Program-made: the position numbers and the translations under genes
Source of the DNA: Octopus bimaculoides
Lineage: Eukaryota
NCBI RefSeq assembly: GCF_001194135.2
Contig: NC_068987.1
Location: 89,317,758-89,381,757 of the forward strand
Reading direction: 5' to 3'
DNA: 64,000 nt
The notes under the pieces: model-generated
Told to the model about the DNA's origin: nothing
What the model saw: the letters and a program-made list of their open reading frames with translations, nothing else
Databases searched by the model: none
Shown here: in pieces, positions 51,782-64,000 of the stretch
Layout of the letters: every line of letters starts with the position of its first letter
Position numbering within the stretch: position 1 is the first letter of the stretch

Positions 51782-52430
51782 GGGTGTTCAGGCCAAATTT
51801 GACAGTTTACGTAAAAATAAGAGAAAACACAAAATCTCATCCACAGATAAAAGTATTTTAAAAAATCAAAAAAAATATCGACTAAGTTATGGCTGAGAGA
51901 TAACAGCTTATTCAGAAGCTGCCCTCAACTTCCACCACGGCCGGTTCAGAAATCTGGTGCATGCATTTCTCACTCTGTGCCTGGGAAGATATTCAAACAC
52001 TTCCTTGATCTTGGCTACCAGCAGGCAGAGTGATTGGTGTTTTTCTCAACCATGCCCCACACATAGTAATCAATGGGATTGCAATCAGAGTAATTAGGAG
52101 GCAAGAAACAGGGGAGTGTGAAGCCTTAGAAATTCTCCAACAACCACTTCTGACTCTTTCCAGAGGTAATGCAAGGAGCCACACATATGGCCTTCCAGCA
52201 GCAACCCTCTCCAGGTCAGGGGTTGACCACAATCTCCAGCAGATGGACATAATGGTCTGAATTGAGCCTAAGACTGTGTTCAAAGATGTGGAGATGAATT
52301 CCATCGTTTGGGTACAGTTAGAACACCTGCTGTGTCCCTTCCTGCTGCCCATGGCTTCATAGTCGCTGTTGCAGCAATCTCTGTCATGTCTTTCAGCCTT
52401 TACAGTGTCCGCAGAGCATTGAGCAGCAGT
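51780..52430 (-). mobile_element. Second maT-like transposon relic
   Basis: Minus strand PPNYSDCNPIDYYVWGMVEKNTN and RVAAGRPYVW; CAGGGTG terminus at 51780. Confidence 0.7.
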
Positions 52431-53108
52431 CATCCTCATCATTTAACATCTATTTTCCATGCTGGTATGGGTTGGACAGTTTGACTGGAGCTGACAAAGC
52501 CAGGAGCTACACCTGGTTCCGTTGTCTGTTTGGGCATGATTTCTGCAGCTGGATGGCCTTCCTAATGCCAACCACTTTATAGAGTGTATTGGGTACTTTT
52601 TATGTGGCTCCAGTAGTAGCAGGGTCACCAAGTTCCTTGCAATTGGGAGTTGGAGAAGTAGAATTAAGTGGCTGTGGCTTGGTGCCAGTTGAGAGATTTA
52701 AGGTATAGAAGGTACAGATATAGGTGTCTTGCTGCAGAGTAGATTCTTGGACACCCCAGTTGGGAAATAAAGGAGAGTGATAGTGAGAGAGATGATGGTG
52801 GGGATGTTTTGGGACATGCCCTCAAGGGACATTGAGGATGGCAAAGATAGGGGAGGTGATATAGAAACTTGGGCTGGGGTGTGGGCAGGATGAAGTGACT
52901 GTAGTAAATGATGGAGAGAACTATAGGAGAGGCTTGGGGGCAGGGGTTGCAGTACATATGTAAGGACATTGAGGGTGGTAGCAAAAAAGTGAAGAGTGGA
53001 TGACAGAGAACAGTCAGATGGTAAATAACATGTCCAGAGAAATATTGCTTTCATTCATTTAAGATAATAATACTATTATTATTATTATTAATTTCAATAT
53101 TATTGTAG

Positions 53109-53144
53109 AGCTTACTAAAAAGAAAACACAGAAGCAGCAGAAAG
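53109..53144 (+). CDS. Cassette exon A1, 36 nt (ELTKKKTQKQQK)
   Basis: attgtAG / GTAAGA, phase 1-1. Confidence 0.8.
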
Positions 53145-54035
53145 GTAAGAATTTTTAATGTTTTCTTTTATGAGTCGCTCATTTTAACCCTCTAGCATTT
53201 AAACCGGCCAGATCCAGCCTCTCACATCTATCCTACAATGTCAATCTTAAAACAAACAATCACATCGTTGAAATCTTGAAGCTACGAGACATAGCAAAGC
53301 ATTACATTCGACAGAATCACCTGAATGGGTAGCCTCTCCTTTCCGTAGCTGCTTTTGGAAATTGGTCTCAAGAAAAATCTATTAAGATAACATAGAATTT
53401 GGTGTTGCTGAAGGAAAGCCTGAAAAATGAACCATTCAAAAGAAGTCTTGTTACTATTATCAGAAATAAGTCTATCAAGTTTCTGGAAGTGTGTTTTAGA
53501 TTCTGGTATCAATGTCAGATTATCCTATCGGAATAGGCTACAGATTATCCTATCAGAATAGGATAATCTGTAGCCACAGAGAAGAGGATATGCACATTCA
53601 CCAAATCTTGACCCTTTAGTATTTAAACCAGCCATATCTGGCCAAAATATTTGACTTGTTTTATGTTCAAACCAGCCAGATCTGGCCTCTTGCACCTACT
53701 CTACAATGTCATTTCAAAAATAAACAATCACATCATTGAAGTCTCAAAGCTATGGAGATAATGCGTAATCTAAAACAATGTGAATAAATAAACATTACAT
53801 TTAACAGAATAGTCAAATGCTAAAGGATTAAAGCTATAATGCTACAGAGCTGATGCTTAATAAGATCAGTAGGCCTTTGTAGTCCCATGTCTTTTGGAAT
53901 GTAATAGAAAGTCTGTCATTATTATTTTGTAATTTACGTCAGATATTTGTCAGGCTCATTCATAACTAATTGAAGCCATTGTGCCATAATAACAATTGGT
54001 TTTATGCTATAAATATGTTTTTTTTTCTCTTTCAG

Positions 54036-54080
54036 AAGAAACTCCTACACCAAAGACTGGGCAAAACAATGCTTTGAAAG
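54036..54080 (+). CDS. Cassette exon B1, 45 nt (EETPTPKTGQNNALK)
   Basis: tttcAG / GTAAAC, phase 1-1. Confidence 0.8.
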
Positions 54081-54233
54081 GTAAACAATTTTTGTTGTTG
54101 TTAGATAGTTTTAAATGTTAATGTTGCTTCTACATGTTAATGTTGCTTCTACATGTGTGCCTAATTAACACAAACATCTTTGATGCAACATCTTCCACAT
54201 TTTAGTGTTTTCTTTGTTATTTTTCCTTTATAG

Positions 54234-54299
54234 AAAATGGGAAAAATAAGAAACATAATACCAGTGGAGGAAATGTGACAGATGGATCTGCTGGAGAAG
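54234..54299 (+). CDS. Cassette exon C1, 66 nt (ENGKNKKHNTSGGNVTDGSAGE)
   Basis: tttatAG / GTAG, phase 1-1. Confidence 0.8.
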
Positions 54300-56224
54300 G
54301 TAGNNNNNNNNNNNNNNNNNNNNNNNNNNNNNNNNNNNNNNNNNNNNNNNNNNNNNNNNNNNNNNNNNNNNNNNNNNNNNNNNNNNNNNNNNNNNNNNNN
54401 NNNNNNNNNNNNNNNNNNNNNNNNNNNNNNNNNNNNNNNNNNNNNNNNNNNNNNNNNNNNNNNNNNNNNNNNNNNNNNNNNNNNNNNNNNNNNNNNNNNN
54501 NNNNNNNNNNNNNNNNNNNNNNNNNNNNNNNNNNNNNNNNNNNNNNNNNNNNNNNNNNNNNNNNNNNNNNNNNNNNNNNNNNNNNNNNNNNNNNNNNNNN
54601 NNNNNNNNNNNNNNNNNNNNNNNNNNNNNNNNNNNNNNNNNNNNNNNNNNNNNNNNNNNNNNNNNNNNNNNNNNNNNNNNNNNNNNNNNNNNNNNNNNNN
54701 NNNNNNNNNNNNNNNNNNNNNNNNNNNNNNNNNNNNNNNNNNNNNNNNNNNNNNNNNNNNNNNNNNNNNNNNNNNNNNNNNNNNNNNNNNNNNNNNNNNN
54801 NNNNNNNNNNNNNNNNNNNNNNNNNNNNNNNNNNNNNNNNNNNNNNCTGGGATCGATTTGCTCGACTAAAAAAGGTGGTGCTCCAGCATGGTCGCAGTCA
54901 AATGATTGAAACAAGTAAAAGAATAAAAATCCTCCCCCATTCCAGAACCAATTCTATTCCCCCTCATCTTCCTCCATCCCTCTGCTCTTTCCCCTCTCCT
55001 ATACTCAAGCCTTAACACCTCCTTTATTCCCTCATCTCTCCTAATGCCACCCCCCCGAACCACTCCTATTTCTCCCACTATCAATTACTAGTCATCTCTG
55101 TTTCCTCTATCAATCTCTCCTCACATTTTTATGAGGCTTCCCCCACCTGTCCACTCACCCACTCCAGTCCTCTGTATTCCCTTCGGCTCTGTACCTCGAG
55201 GGTGTGTCCTAATACACATCCATCACCCTCTCTATCTTTCTCTTAGCCTTTCTCTCTATCCCTGATTCTCCAACTGGGCTATCCTTGTAGATAGGTGCCT
55301 TGTAACAAGGCACCTATTACTATCCCTCTGTTATTCTTTTAACTTCTCATCAACTGGATGGAAAATGGACGTTAGATGATGGTGATGATGATTTTCTGAG
55401 AAATATCAGACTGAGAACGGTTGGTTAAATTCTGTCATGACATCATAAAGTACAAATTAAATTGAGAATTGATGAAAAAACTCACTAAAGACACCTTAGA
55501 CATTCACTTGGGGCTAAATTGTATAACGTGTTTATTTTGTATAAAGAATACAACATATTAATTCTTTTGTTACCAACCCAGCTGAAACTGGCTCTGGCTC
55601 TGTAGAACAAATGTTTTGTTTTCGTAAGTTCTGAATTAAAATCTTCCACCAAACCCTAGTCACAATTTATGTTCCTGACACTAGTTTAATGATAACAAAG
55701 TTATTTTGCTAAATTCTCTGTTATATTTAAAATTAATTGAAAGAAACACAGAGCATCTCAGCAAAAGTATGGTAACAAAAGGGTTAATAAATGAGTAATT
55801 TAACCCTTTTGATGCCAATCTGGCTGAAACCAACTCTGGCTCTGTAGTACAAATGTCTTGTTTTCATAAGTTCTGAATTAAAATCTTCCACCAAACCTTA
55901 GTCACAATTTATGTTCCTAACACTTAGCTTAATGCCAACTAAGTTATTTTTACTAAATTCTTTATTATATTTAAAATTAATTGAACGAAACACAGAGCAT
56001 CTCAACAGAAAAACAGTAATGAAAGGGTTAAGATCCACTGAAATTCTCAGCCATGCGATCTCCTTACTGCTGCTCTGGGAATATTTATCAACAAACTGTT
56101 TAGTGTGGGAAAAAACATTTATCATCATCATGTTGCTTCTACATGTGTGCCTGATTAGCACAAGCATATTTAATGCAACAGCTTCCATATTTTGCTGTTT
56201 TCTTTTGTTGTTTTTCCTTTATAG

Positions 56225-56271
56225 AAAATTGGGAAAAATAAGAAACATAATAGCAGTGAAGGAAATGTGAT
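56225..56271 (+). pseudogene. Dead copy of cassette exon C (pseudo-exon)
   Basis: Same upstream intron as C1/C3, but a +1 T insertion (aaaattggg) and truncation by (CA)n before the donor. Confidence 0.7.
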
Positions 56272-56954
56272 ACACACACACACGCACATACACACACACA
56301 CATACATGACAGGTTCATGTTTCTTTTTTTTATTTATGTGCAAATTAACGTTTGTGTACGTGGTGTTCCCATGCAGATAACTAACGCAAGGGAGGATAAT
56401 CATTCCTTCAACGTCTTTGGCGGAATTAGAAGATGGAATCAGAAATTTGGCATTAAGGAAAATGATGCATTGGATGTGAATATTTATTTGATTTGTTGGT
56501 TACTTGATGTGAAATAATGTTCATATGAGTTGTTAGAATCTTTCTGAATTGCTCGTTATCATTTGTACACGTGTTGCTAACGATCATTGTAGACTAAGTC
56601 AGTCAACAAATAAACTTCATGCTAGACATTCTTGAGGCTTTGCAATGTTGTGATAGAACATCTCTGTTTTTTTTTTTTTTTTTGTTATTAGCGTTCAACT
56701 CAATCACTATGTCTGCATCAAATTTTTCATGGAATTTGGTAAGATCTGCTACCAAGATCCTGTTCCGTTATTTCTTTTGTTTGAACCTGGTGAAGCCTCC
56801 TGGCTTGCCAGTCCCCAGTCAAACTGTCCAACCCATGCCAGCATGGAAAACGGACATTAAAAGATGATGATGATGATGATGATGATGATTGTCTTATGCA
56901 ATCCCATACTGTGTCATCCTGTGCCTTCCTAGAACTTTTTTGTCAGTCATTGTG

Positions 56955-56986
<32 letters not shown>

Positions 56987-57010
56987 GATTTAATTTCAAT
57001 ATCATTGTAG

Positions 57011-57049
57011 AACCTGTTAAGAAGAAGAAAAAGCATAAGCAACAGAAAG
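57011..57049 (+). CDS. Cassette exon A2, 39 nt (EPVKKKKKHKQQK)
   Basis: attgtAG / GTAAGG; exon B2 is expected inside the gap 57906-58470. Confidence 0.8.
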
Positions 57050-58573
57050 GTAAGGTTTTCTTCTCTGTCTAATTTCATATCCTTTCATATTCATAATTGC
57101 TTTTGAAAATTAACTTCATCTGATATTTGGGTCTCGGAATATATCTAATGAGTTCACAAATGGAGTTTGCTGCAGTTAAAGTGGAACAAATGATTGAATA
57201 CATAAAAAAAATCGATTTTTATTAGTTTACAGTTGTCAGAAATGAGTTTGTTGCTTGTGGGTTGAGAGTGTCAGTATTTCTGGATCCAATTGGCAATTAG
57301 TTTGCTGAAAGCTGCATATAATAACTAGACAACACCGAACAAACATGTAAACAGGATTTGTTATACCACACTTGTCATAGAAAAGATGTTCACGTGTCAT
57401 CATATATATTTAGGATCAACAAGATGAAAATAGTGTAATACAACATGCTAAAAACTGTCTTCCCAAAATTTAACACTGGGACTGGTTCTAGTTTTAACAC
57501 AATGAATAACATAATGAATGTGTGTGTGTGTGTGTGTGTGTGGTGTCATGTCTAAAAGGAGTGTGTATTCATAATGTACTCAAGAACATGCTGAATTTGG
57601 TGCTGAAAAGGACTAAATTATTTTACTAAATTCTTTGTTATATTTAAAGTAATTGAAAGAAACACAGAGCATCTTAAAATAAATACAGTAATGAAAGGGA
57701 TAAGGAAACTTCTAGAGCAATCCGGAGAAGCTGTCTTGTGAACACTAAGCCACCGATTGGGCAAAAGTTTGGCTGCACACCTGATCAAACCATTGCTGTG
57801 TCATGACATGAAATTCATAATATGGCAATGCAAGTTCACATCCTGCTACCAGTTCATCTACAATTTGTAAGAGATTGTTTTAGATTTTGTTAGCTGAATG
57901 TATTANNNNNNNNNNNNNNNNNNNNNNNNNNNNNNNNNNNNNNNNNNNNNNNNNNNNNNNNNNNNNNNNNNNNNNNNNNNNNNNNNNNNNNNNNNNNNNN
58001 NNNNNNNNNNNNNNNNNNNNNNNNNNNNNNNNNNNNNNNNNNNNNNNNNNNNNNNNNNNNNNNNNNNNNNNNNNNNNNNNNNNNNNNNNNNNNNNNNNNN
58101 NNNNNNNNNNNNNNNNNNNNNNNNNNNNNNNNNNNNNNNNNNNNNNNNNNNNNNNNNNNNNNNNNNNNNNNNNNNNNNNNNNNNNNNNNNNNNNNNNNNN
58201 NNNNNNNNNNNNNNNNNNNNNNNNNNNNNNNNNNNNNNNNNNNNNNNNNNNNNNNNNNNNNNNNNNNNNNNNNNNNNNNNNNNNNNNNNNNNNNNNNNNN
58301 NNNNNNNNNNNNNNNNNNNNNNNNNNNNNNNNNNNNNNNNNNNNNNNNNNNNNNNNNNNNNNNNNNNNNNNNNNNNNNNNNNNNNNNNNNNNNNNNNNNN
58401 NNNNNNNNNNNNNNNNNNNNNNNNNNNNNNNNNNNNNNNNNNNNNNNNNNNNNNNNNNNNNNNNNNNNNNTTTCTATTAAATATCTTTAAATATTAACAT
58501 TTGAAGCATTTGTGTCTAAATACCAGAAACATCTTTGGTATAACTATTTTCCGTCTTTTATTTTCCTTTATAG

Positions 58574-58639
58574 AAAATGGTAAAAAGAAGAAATCCAATA
58601 ACGGCGGAGAAAATTTGCCAAATGGATCTGCTGGAGAAG
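58574..58639 (+). CDS. Cassette exon C2, 66 nt (ENGKKKKSNNGGENLPNGSAGE)
   Basis: tttatAG / GTAGAA. Confidence 0.8.
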
Positions 58640-59392
58640 GTAGAAAACTTATTGAAATATTTTGTTGCTGTTTTAGAATTTTGATTTAGAATACATTAAA
58701 AGAAAAATATCAAATCAAAAACTCTAGATAAATTGTAGTTATCATTAAGATGGCCTTCATTTTATATATCGTTAAGTAAGAGCCAGCTCTCTCTGCAACA
58801 TTTGACCTCTTGTTACTCTTTCTATATCTTAAGGTCAGAAGGCAGTCCTCAATTTCTAGGGCAAAGAGCACTTCTCTTACATGAGATTAATGGTATTATG
58901 TTACTTTCTGATGATATATTTGTGAGAGGCAGCTCTACAGCAATATGTGAAAGTATCTGATGGTATAGTTAGACAACTTGTCCAGTGAAATACGTTTTCC
59001 TTTAAAACAACAAAATAGCAAAGGCAGAGAGCTTCTTACAATGCAAAAAGAAAAAGTTTATGTATTTCAGGCACAACAACCCATCATCAGAAGTGAATGG
59101 AGTAAAGAAATGTGAATATGTGTAGAACCATTCATGTTGATTGTTGAGTGCAGACGGGTTGGTACTGTATTGACTCACATTTCTTGACTACATTTACTAC
59201 TGACAATGGGCCTTTACACCTGAAATATATAAAGTTTAATGAACTTGTCCCTTTTAGCATTGTAAAAAGCTCTCTCTCTTCATTATTCTGTTATTCTACT
59301 TCTTTATCATATTGCTTCAAACTGGATGTCCTGCTCTTCTTTCTTAGTTTTGTTTATTTATTATATTATTTCTCATTTCAATATCATTGTAG

Positions 59393-59431
59393 AACCTGTT
59401 AAAAAGAAGAAAAAACATAAGCAACAGAAAG
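59393..59431 (+). CDS. Cassette exon A3, 39 nt (EPVKKKKKHKQQK)
   Basis: attgtAG / GTGAGA. Confidence 0.8.
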
Positions 59432-59978
59432 GTGAGATTGCTCTTCCCTTTCTAATTTGATGTCTGCTACCTTAAATGTTTGCATGTTTTTTTCACACCT
59501 ATTATGAGTTTGTACGGTTTGCTGCAGTTGATGAGAAAGATTTAAAAAAAAAAAGAAACTCAAATTTTTGTTTGGTTACGATTATCAGAAATGAGCTCAT
59601 CTATAATTTCTGAGAAGTAGTTTTAGATTTTCTTATCTAACTGTAATCGGATTTCATCTGAATATGGATCTTGCTCACAGCATATAAGAGAAGGACCTGC
59701 ACACTCAGGAAAATGCTAGCCCCAACATCTCTCAAACATTGCTGAGATTTAATAAGCAACAACTGATGAACATTCTGTAAATCATTGTAGTCTTGTATTT
59801 TGCACAAAATAATAGAAAGCTACAACAAATTTTTTTTACATATTTCATTTGTTGGTTACCAATGAAATACTGTCTGGTTATAATTCTGTTCATTTATAAC
59901 TAACTGAAGCCATTGTGCCATAATAACAATTGTGTTAATTGGTTTTATGCTATAAATATGTTTTTTTTTCTTTTTCAG

Positions 59979-60026
59979 AAGAAACAACTCCTACACCAAA
60001 GACTGGGCAAAACAATGCTTTGAAAG
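59979..60026 (+). CDS. Cassette exon B3, 48 nt (EETTPTPKTGQNNALK)
   Basis: tttcAG / GTAAAG. Confidence 0.8.
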
Positions 60027-60163
60027 GTAAAGTTTTTTTCTTGTTGTTGTTAGATAATTTTAAATGTTAATGTTGCTTCTACATGTGTGCCTGATTAGCA
60101 CAAACATCTTTGATGCAACATGTTCCACATTTTAGTATTTTCTTTGTTATTTTTCCTTTATAG

Positions 60164-60229
60164 AAAATGGGAAAAATAAGAAACATAATATCAGTGGAGG
60201 AATTGTGACAGATGGATCTGCTGGAGAAG
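60164..60229 (+). CDS. Cassette exon C3, 66 nt (ENGKNKKHNISGGIVTDGSAGE)
   Basis: tttatAG / GTAGAA. Confidence 0.8.
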
Positions 60230-61855
60230 GTAGAATAATATTTAGCTACTGAAATATATATTGCTGCTTTAGAATTTTAATTAAAAGAAAAAATACGGCA
60301 AAATAAAAGCTCTAAAAAGTTGCTAAAAGTTATCATTAAACTAGCCTACAATTTGAATACCTTCAGGTAAATTGTATTTGATCCATCTGTGATCTGTCAG
60401 CTATCAAATAGTGTTTGATTTTTATTATGAAATGGTCCAAAGCATTCTCTTATTTGGTTTAATCACTTGTCTATCAGCCAGATTTTCATTTTAAACCTTC
60501 TTTCACTTTTCTGTGCTAACGTGTGTGTGTGTGTATCACAATATTGTCGCAAGGTTTAGTTTTTTTTCTCATCTCATCTTTACACAAGGCACAAAGACAC
60601 ACACACACATAGAGTAGTTCTAGAGGGAGCTTTTGGGGAATATTTATAAACAAATTTCAGTATTCATTCTACATATTGCAAACATATTTTTAATGTAATT
60701 TTCCCATATGTATTATAAGCTGGTGGTGAGGGACACAAAAACTAACAGAAATGCGATGACTAGATCTGATAGCTTATTCTCTGTTGCCTCTTCAGCTCCC
60801 TGTGGAACTTTTTGACCCATGAACATGTCTTTGATTCCTTTCACTTTGTCCTCTACAATCTTCAGGTACACTTTCCATTTTCTTTCAAAGGTTGCTGAGA
60901 GGGTTCTCAGCTTTTTCTCATTCCTAGAAGATTAGCAATCTCTAAGGATCATTAAACACTGAGTTCTAATCCTTGATATGAGAAGGGGCTCCAGCCTCTC
61001 TAGTACTGCTTTAATCTGTGAATGTCCTCACTCTTCCTTTACTCTAAATAAGTGGACATCCTTTTGCTTTCTGTGGTTTTCTTAGCAAGAAATGTTTCTG
61101 TGCTGTAGATCTGTTAATTCTATGAAGAAGCGCCAGCCTAAAGGATTTGGCCTGTGTTTAGCAGCCTTTTTAATATTCTGCCCACAAACAAGTTATTGGT
61201 GTTATTTTTTTAAATGTCTGAGAGAGCAGCATACCTAGATGTGGAGATTCTGATGGCAAAGGTTCTGAGATTCTGATGGCAAATGTTCTAAACTTGTTCA
61301 GTGAATGTCCATTTTCCATCCTGACATGTGTTGGTCTGACAGGAGCCAACAAGCCAGAGGACTGCACCAAGCTCCATTGTCTGTTTTTGCATCGTTTCTA
61401 CAGCTGGATCCCTTCCTAACGCCAACCACTTCCCAGAATGTACTGACTGCTTTTTATGTGAGGTCACCAAGTAATTTCCAAGACAAGATCCTCCATCAAC
61501 TGAGGGAGGAGTAAATTTGAGGGATGTGGCTTTATGCCAGAAGGTGGGAGGTGATTTTCTTCAGCAAGAAAGTGTGCCTGAAATGCCATCAATTACAGGA
61601 CATTAACCACTAAGTGTTGTTTCTTTCTTTAAACCTTTCTGTTGCAATAAACTGCTTTTGTTACAGTTAATTTTGAAAATAAGAAGAATTTGTCAAGGGA
61701 TTGTCAATGGAGTTCCAATCAACCATAGGTTGGTCAAAGGATGATGATGAGCGGTTAAAGTCTGAGAGGGGGACAGGAAGCAGGTGTTTTGCTGTAGGGA
61801 AGTGTATTGTTTTATATTTGTTTATAATAATATTTAAATTTCAATATCATTGCAG

Positions 61856-61894
61856 AGCCTGTCAACAAGAAGAAAAAGCACAAGCACCAAAAAG
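61856..61894 (+). CDS. Cassette exon A4, 39 nt (EPVNKKKKHKHQK)
   Basis: attgcAG / GTAGGG. Confidence 0.8.
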
Positions 61895-62524
61895 GTAGGG
61901 TTTTATTCTTTCTTAAATTCTATCCTCTTTCATGATTCTGACCATTCAATTAGCATATTAAAGTTATATATGGTTTTTTTTGTTTTCATGTTTATTTTTT
62001 GTTCTTTTGGATATTAGCTCAACCGATATTTTGGTCTCAAAAAACAAATCTAATGAAATCATTATTGGTTTGCTGCAGCTGAAGGGAAAAAAAATGATTC
62101 AATGTTTGTTTGGTTACCATTGTCAGAAATGAGTCCATCTTCAGTTTCTGAAAAGTTGTTTCAGATTTTGATTTCTGAATGTAAGAGAAATTCCATCTGA
62201 ATATGGTAACAGGCACTGAGAGGAGGAGATGCACACTCACCAAGATTATGGCCTCAGCAGCATCTTTAACGCTACATTGCAACAGCACCGAGGCTTAGTA
62301 AGCAGTGATTGGTGAGCATTTTGTAAAATATTGTAGTCTCGTGTGCTGTGGATTGTAATGCAGTGTAGGAACAGACCCGACATATTCAGTTTGTAGGTGA
62401 CCAAATTAAATATTTGTCTGGCTCTAGTTCTGCTTGTTTGCAGATGGCTGAATCTAGTGTTCCATGGCAATAATTGTGATAATTGGTGGTTTTATGCTAT
62501 AAATAAGTTTCTTTTCTGTTTCAG

Positions 62525-62581
62525 AAGAAACAACAACTACAGCAAAAGCTGGGCAAAACAACACCTCATCAGCTCCAAAAG
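62525..62581 (+). CDS. Cassette exon B4, 57 nt (EETTTTAKAGQNNTSSAPK)
   Basis: tttcAG / GTAAAC. Confidence 0.8.
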
Positions 62582-62697
62582 GTAAACAGTTTTATTTCTA
62601 TTAAATAACTTTAAATATTAACATTTGAAGCATTTGTGTCTAAATACCAGAAACGTCTTTGGTATAACTATTTTCCATCTTTTATTTTCCTTTGTAG

Positions 62698-62763
62698 AAA
62701 ATGGTAAAAAGAAGAAATCCAATAACAGCGGAGAAAATTTGCCAAATGGATCTGCTGGAGAAG
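62698..62763 (+). CDS. Cassette exon C4, 66 nt (ENGKKKKSNNSGENLPNGSAGE)
   Basis: tttgtAG / GTAGAA. Confidence 0.8.
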
Positions 62764-63442
62764 GTAGAAAACTTAGTTATTGGAATATTTTGTTGGTTTT
62801 AGAATTTTGATTTAGAAATACATTACAAGAAAAATATCAAACCAAAAGCTTTAATAAATTAATGAAGTTATCGTTAAGCCTTTAATTTGTGTCAAATAGT
62901 CACTCATCTGTCACCAAACACTACAAGTCATCATCTCATTTGATATGTCCTTGAATCATTTCTGTATCTACAAAAATTTCAGTGATTTAATGTTCATCCT
63001 GAGTTGTCAAATTGCATGGAATTGACTAACTTAGAAACAGCAAAGTATTTTATTGGGGACTTTTGCCATTTATCGCTTTGTATGAGGTTGAGTATATTTC
63101 GTACTGCTTCTGTGTTTAGTGAAGCTACTGATGGGTAGGTTAGATATTCTAACTCTTCCACAGTTAAAAACAAAGAAACATTAATTATTCATGGTTCTTA
63201 ATTTCAGTTCTCGAAGATTGCGTAAATAGTTTTAATGATAATTCTTCTTCCTCTATTTACTGTCAGACAAAAGTTACTAATCTGTTTTCCGTTTGTAAAA
63301 ATGCTAGATTTATTCATTCAAAGGAAACAATGAATCATAAACACCAAGAAATAGTTCAGATCATTTTCAATGTTATCAACCTAACGATCCTAAGCATCTT
63401 TGATCTACTTCAATATTTTACTATTTTCTATGATTTGTACAG

Positions 63443-63499
63443 ATAGTGCAAAAAAGAGGAAACGCAAGATCAGTGAAGAAAATGTGAAAAGTGGTGATG
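63443..63499 (+). CDS. Lys-rich protein exon, 57 nt (DSAKKRKRKISEENVKSGD); the gene continues beyond the window
   Basis: gtacAG / GTAGGT, phase 1-1; KKRKRK is NLS-like. Confidence 0.75.
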
Positions 63500-64000
63500 G
63501 TAGGTTACTTGTTCATTGGAATAATTTGCTGGCATTGTTTAACTATACTCTTGTATAATTTAATATACTGAAACACTGGACGCGGTCAAGGAAATTGACT
63601 GGAAGAAAGCTATTTTAGCCTTGGATTGCCGTACCTAACCTACCACATTCTCACATTAAATAAGCAAAGTGTAAAAAGTAAAAAACAGGAATTTTATATT
63701 ATGGCTTTTAAGTGTTGATTTCTCAGCCCAAGAATTACAGCGTGATGTGCTGCTTGACTGGTCCCCCCTCTCTCTCTCTCTCTCTCTTTATATATATATA
63801 TGATGATGATGATGATGATCTTTTCTCCCGCCATGCCTCTGTCTACCCCTCCATCCTCTCTCTCCCCTTCGTAGTTTTTCCTTAAGGTCTTCAGGTTCTG
63901 GCTATATATAAATGAGAAACCTATTCTAAATTATCTCGCTGACGTACTACGACGAAATACCCAAGATGCAGATAAGATAGAGATTTTTTATTTATTTACG

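Noticed and set aside
24808-58497. Long ORFs containing X runs (24808-25758, 27890-28711, 40563-40970, 54228-55015, 57887-58497)
   Set aside because: They are open only because they cross N gaps.
48173-63499. Assigning a gene name (nucleolin, RBM34 or similar) to the Lys-rich gene
   Set aside because: Only low-complexity sequence is visible; no folded domain lies within the window.

Overview
AT-rich, repeat-dense animal genomic DNA with several N gaps. The SINE/LINE repertoire, (GAT)n tails and (TA)n runs look like Octopus/cephalopod DNA; this taxon call is an inference from repeat content. Three protein-coding genes are supportable. (1) An ADP/ATP translocase (10958-11866, +) with an intronless CDS, a non-coding first exon near 8745-8853, and a sequence of the fungal/plant AAC type rather than vertebrate ANT1-4 type. 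(2) An unrecognised Asn/Asp-rich, coiled-coil ORF on the minus strand (19854-20468/20482). (3) The 5' part of a plus-strand gene starting at 48173, built from symmetric phase-1 micro-exons including a 3-exon cassette tandemly duplicated four times; it encodes a Lys-rich disordered region and runs off the window. The rest is RTE, R4/Dong, CRE and CR1/Jockey LINE fragments, tRNA-derived SINEs, mariner and maT relics, hAT, piggyBac, Tc1 and Merlin-like MITEs, and foldback elements. The most unusual items are: a 1.2 kb element bounded by two INVERTED LTRs with a tRNA-Trp PBS array, a promoter-like core and a 4-bp TSD (5187-6405); a tRNA-headed SINE carrying an intact Penelope-type hammerhead ribozyme (49284-49510); and a Merlin-like MITE with inward-facing telomeric repeats (39842-40088). 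All alignments were done by eye; no database searches were run.
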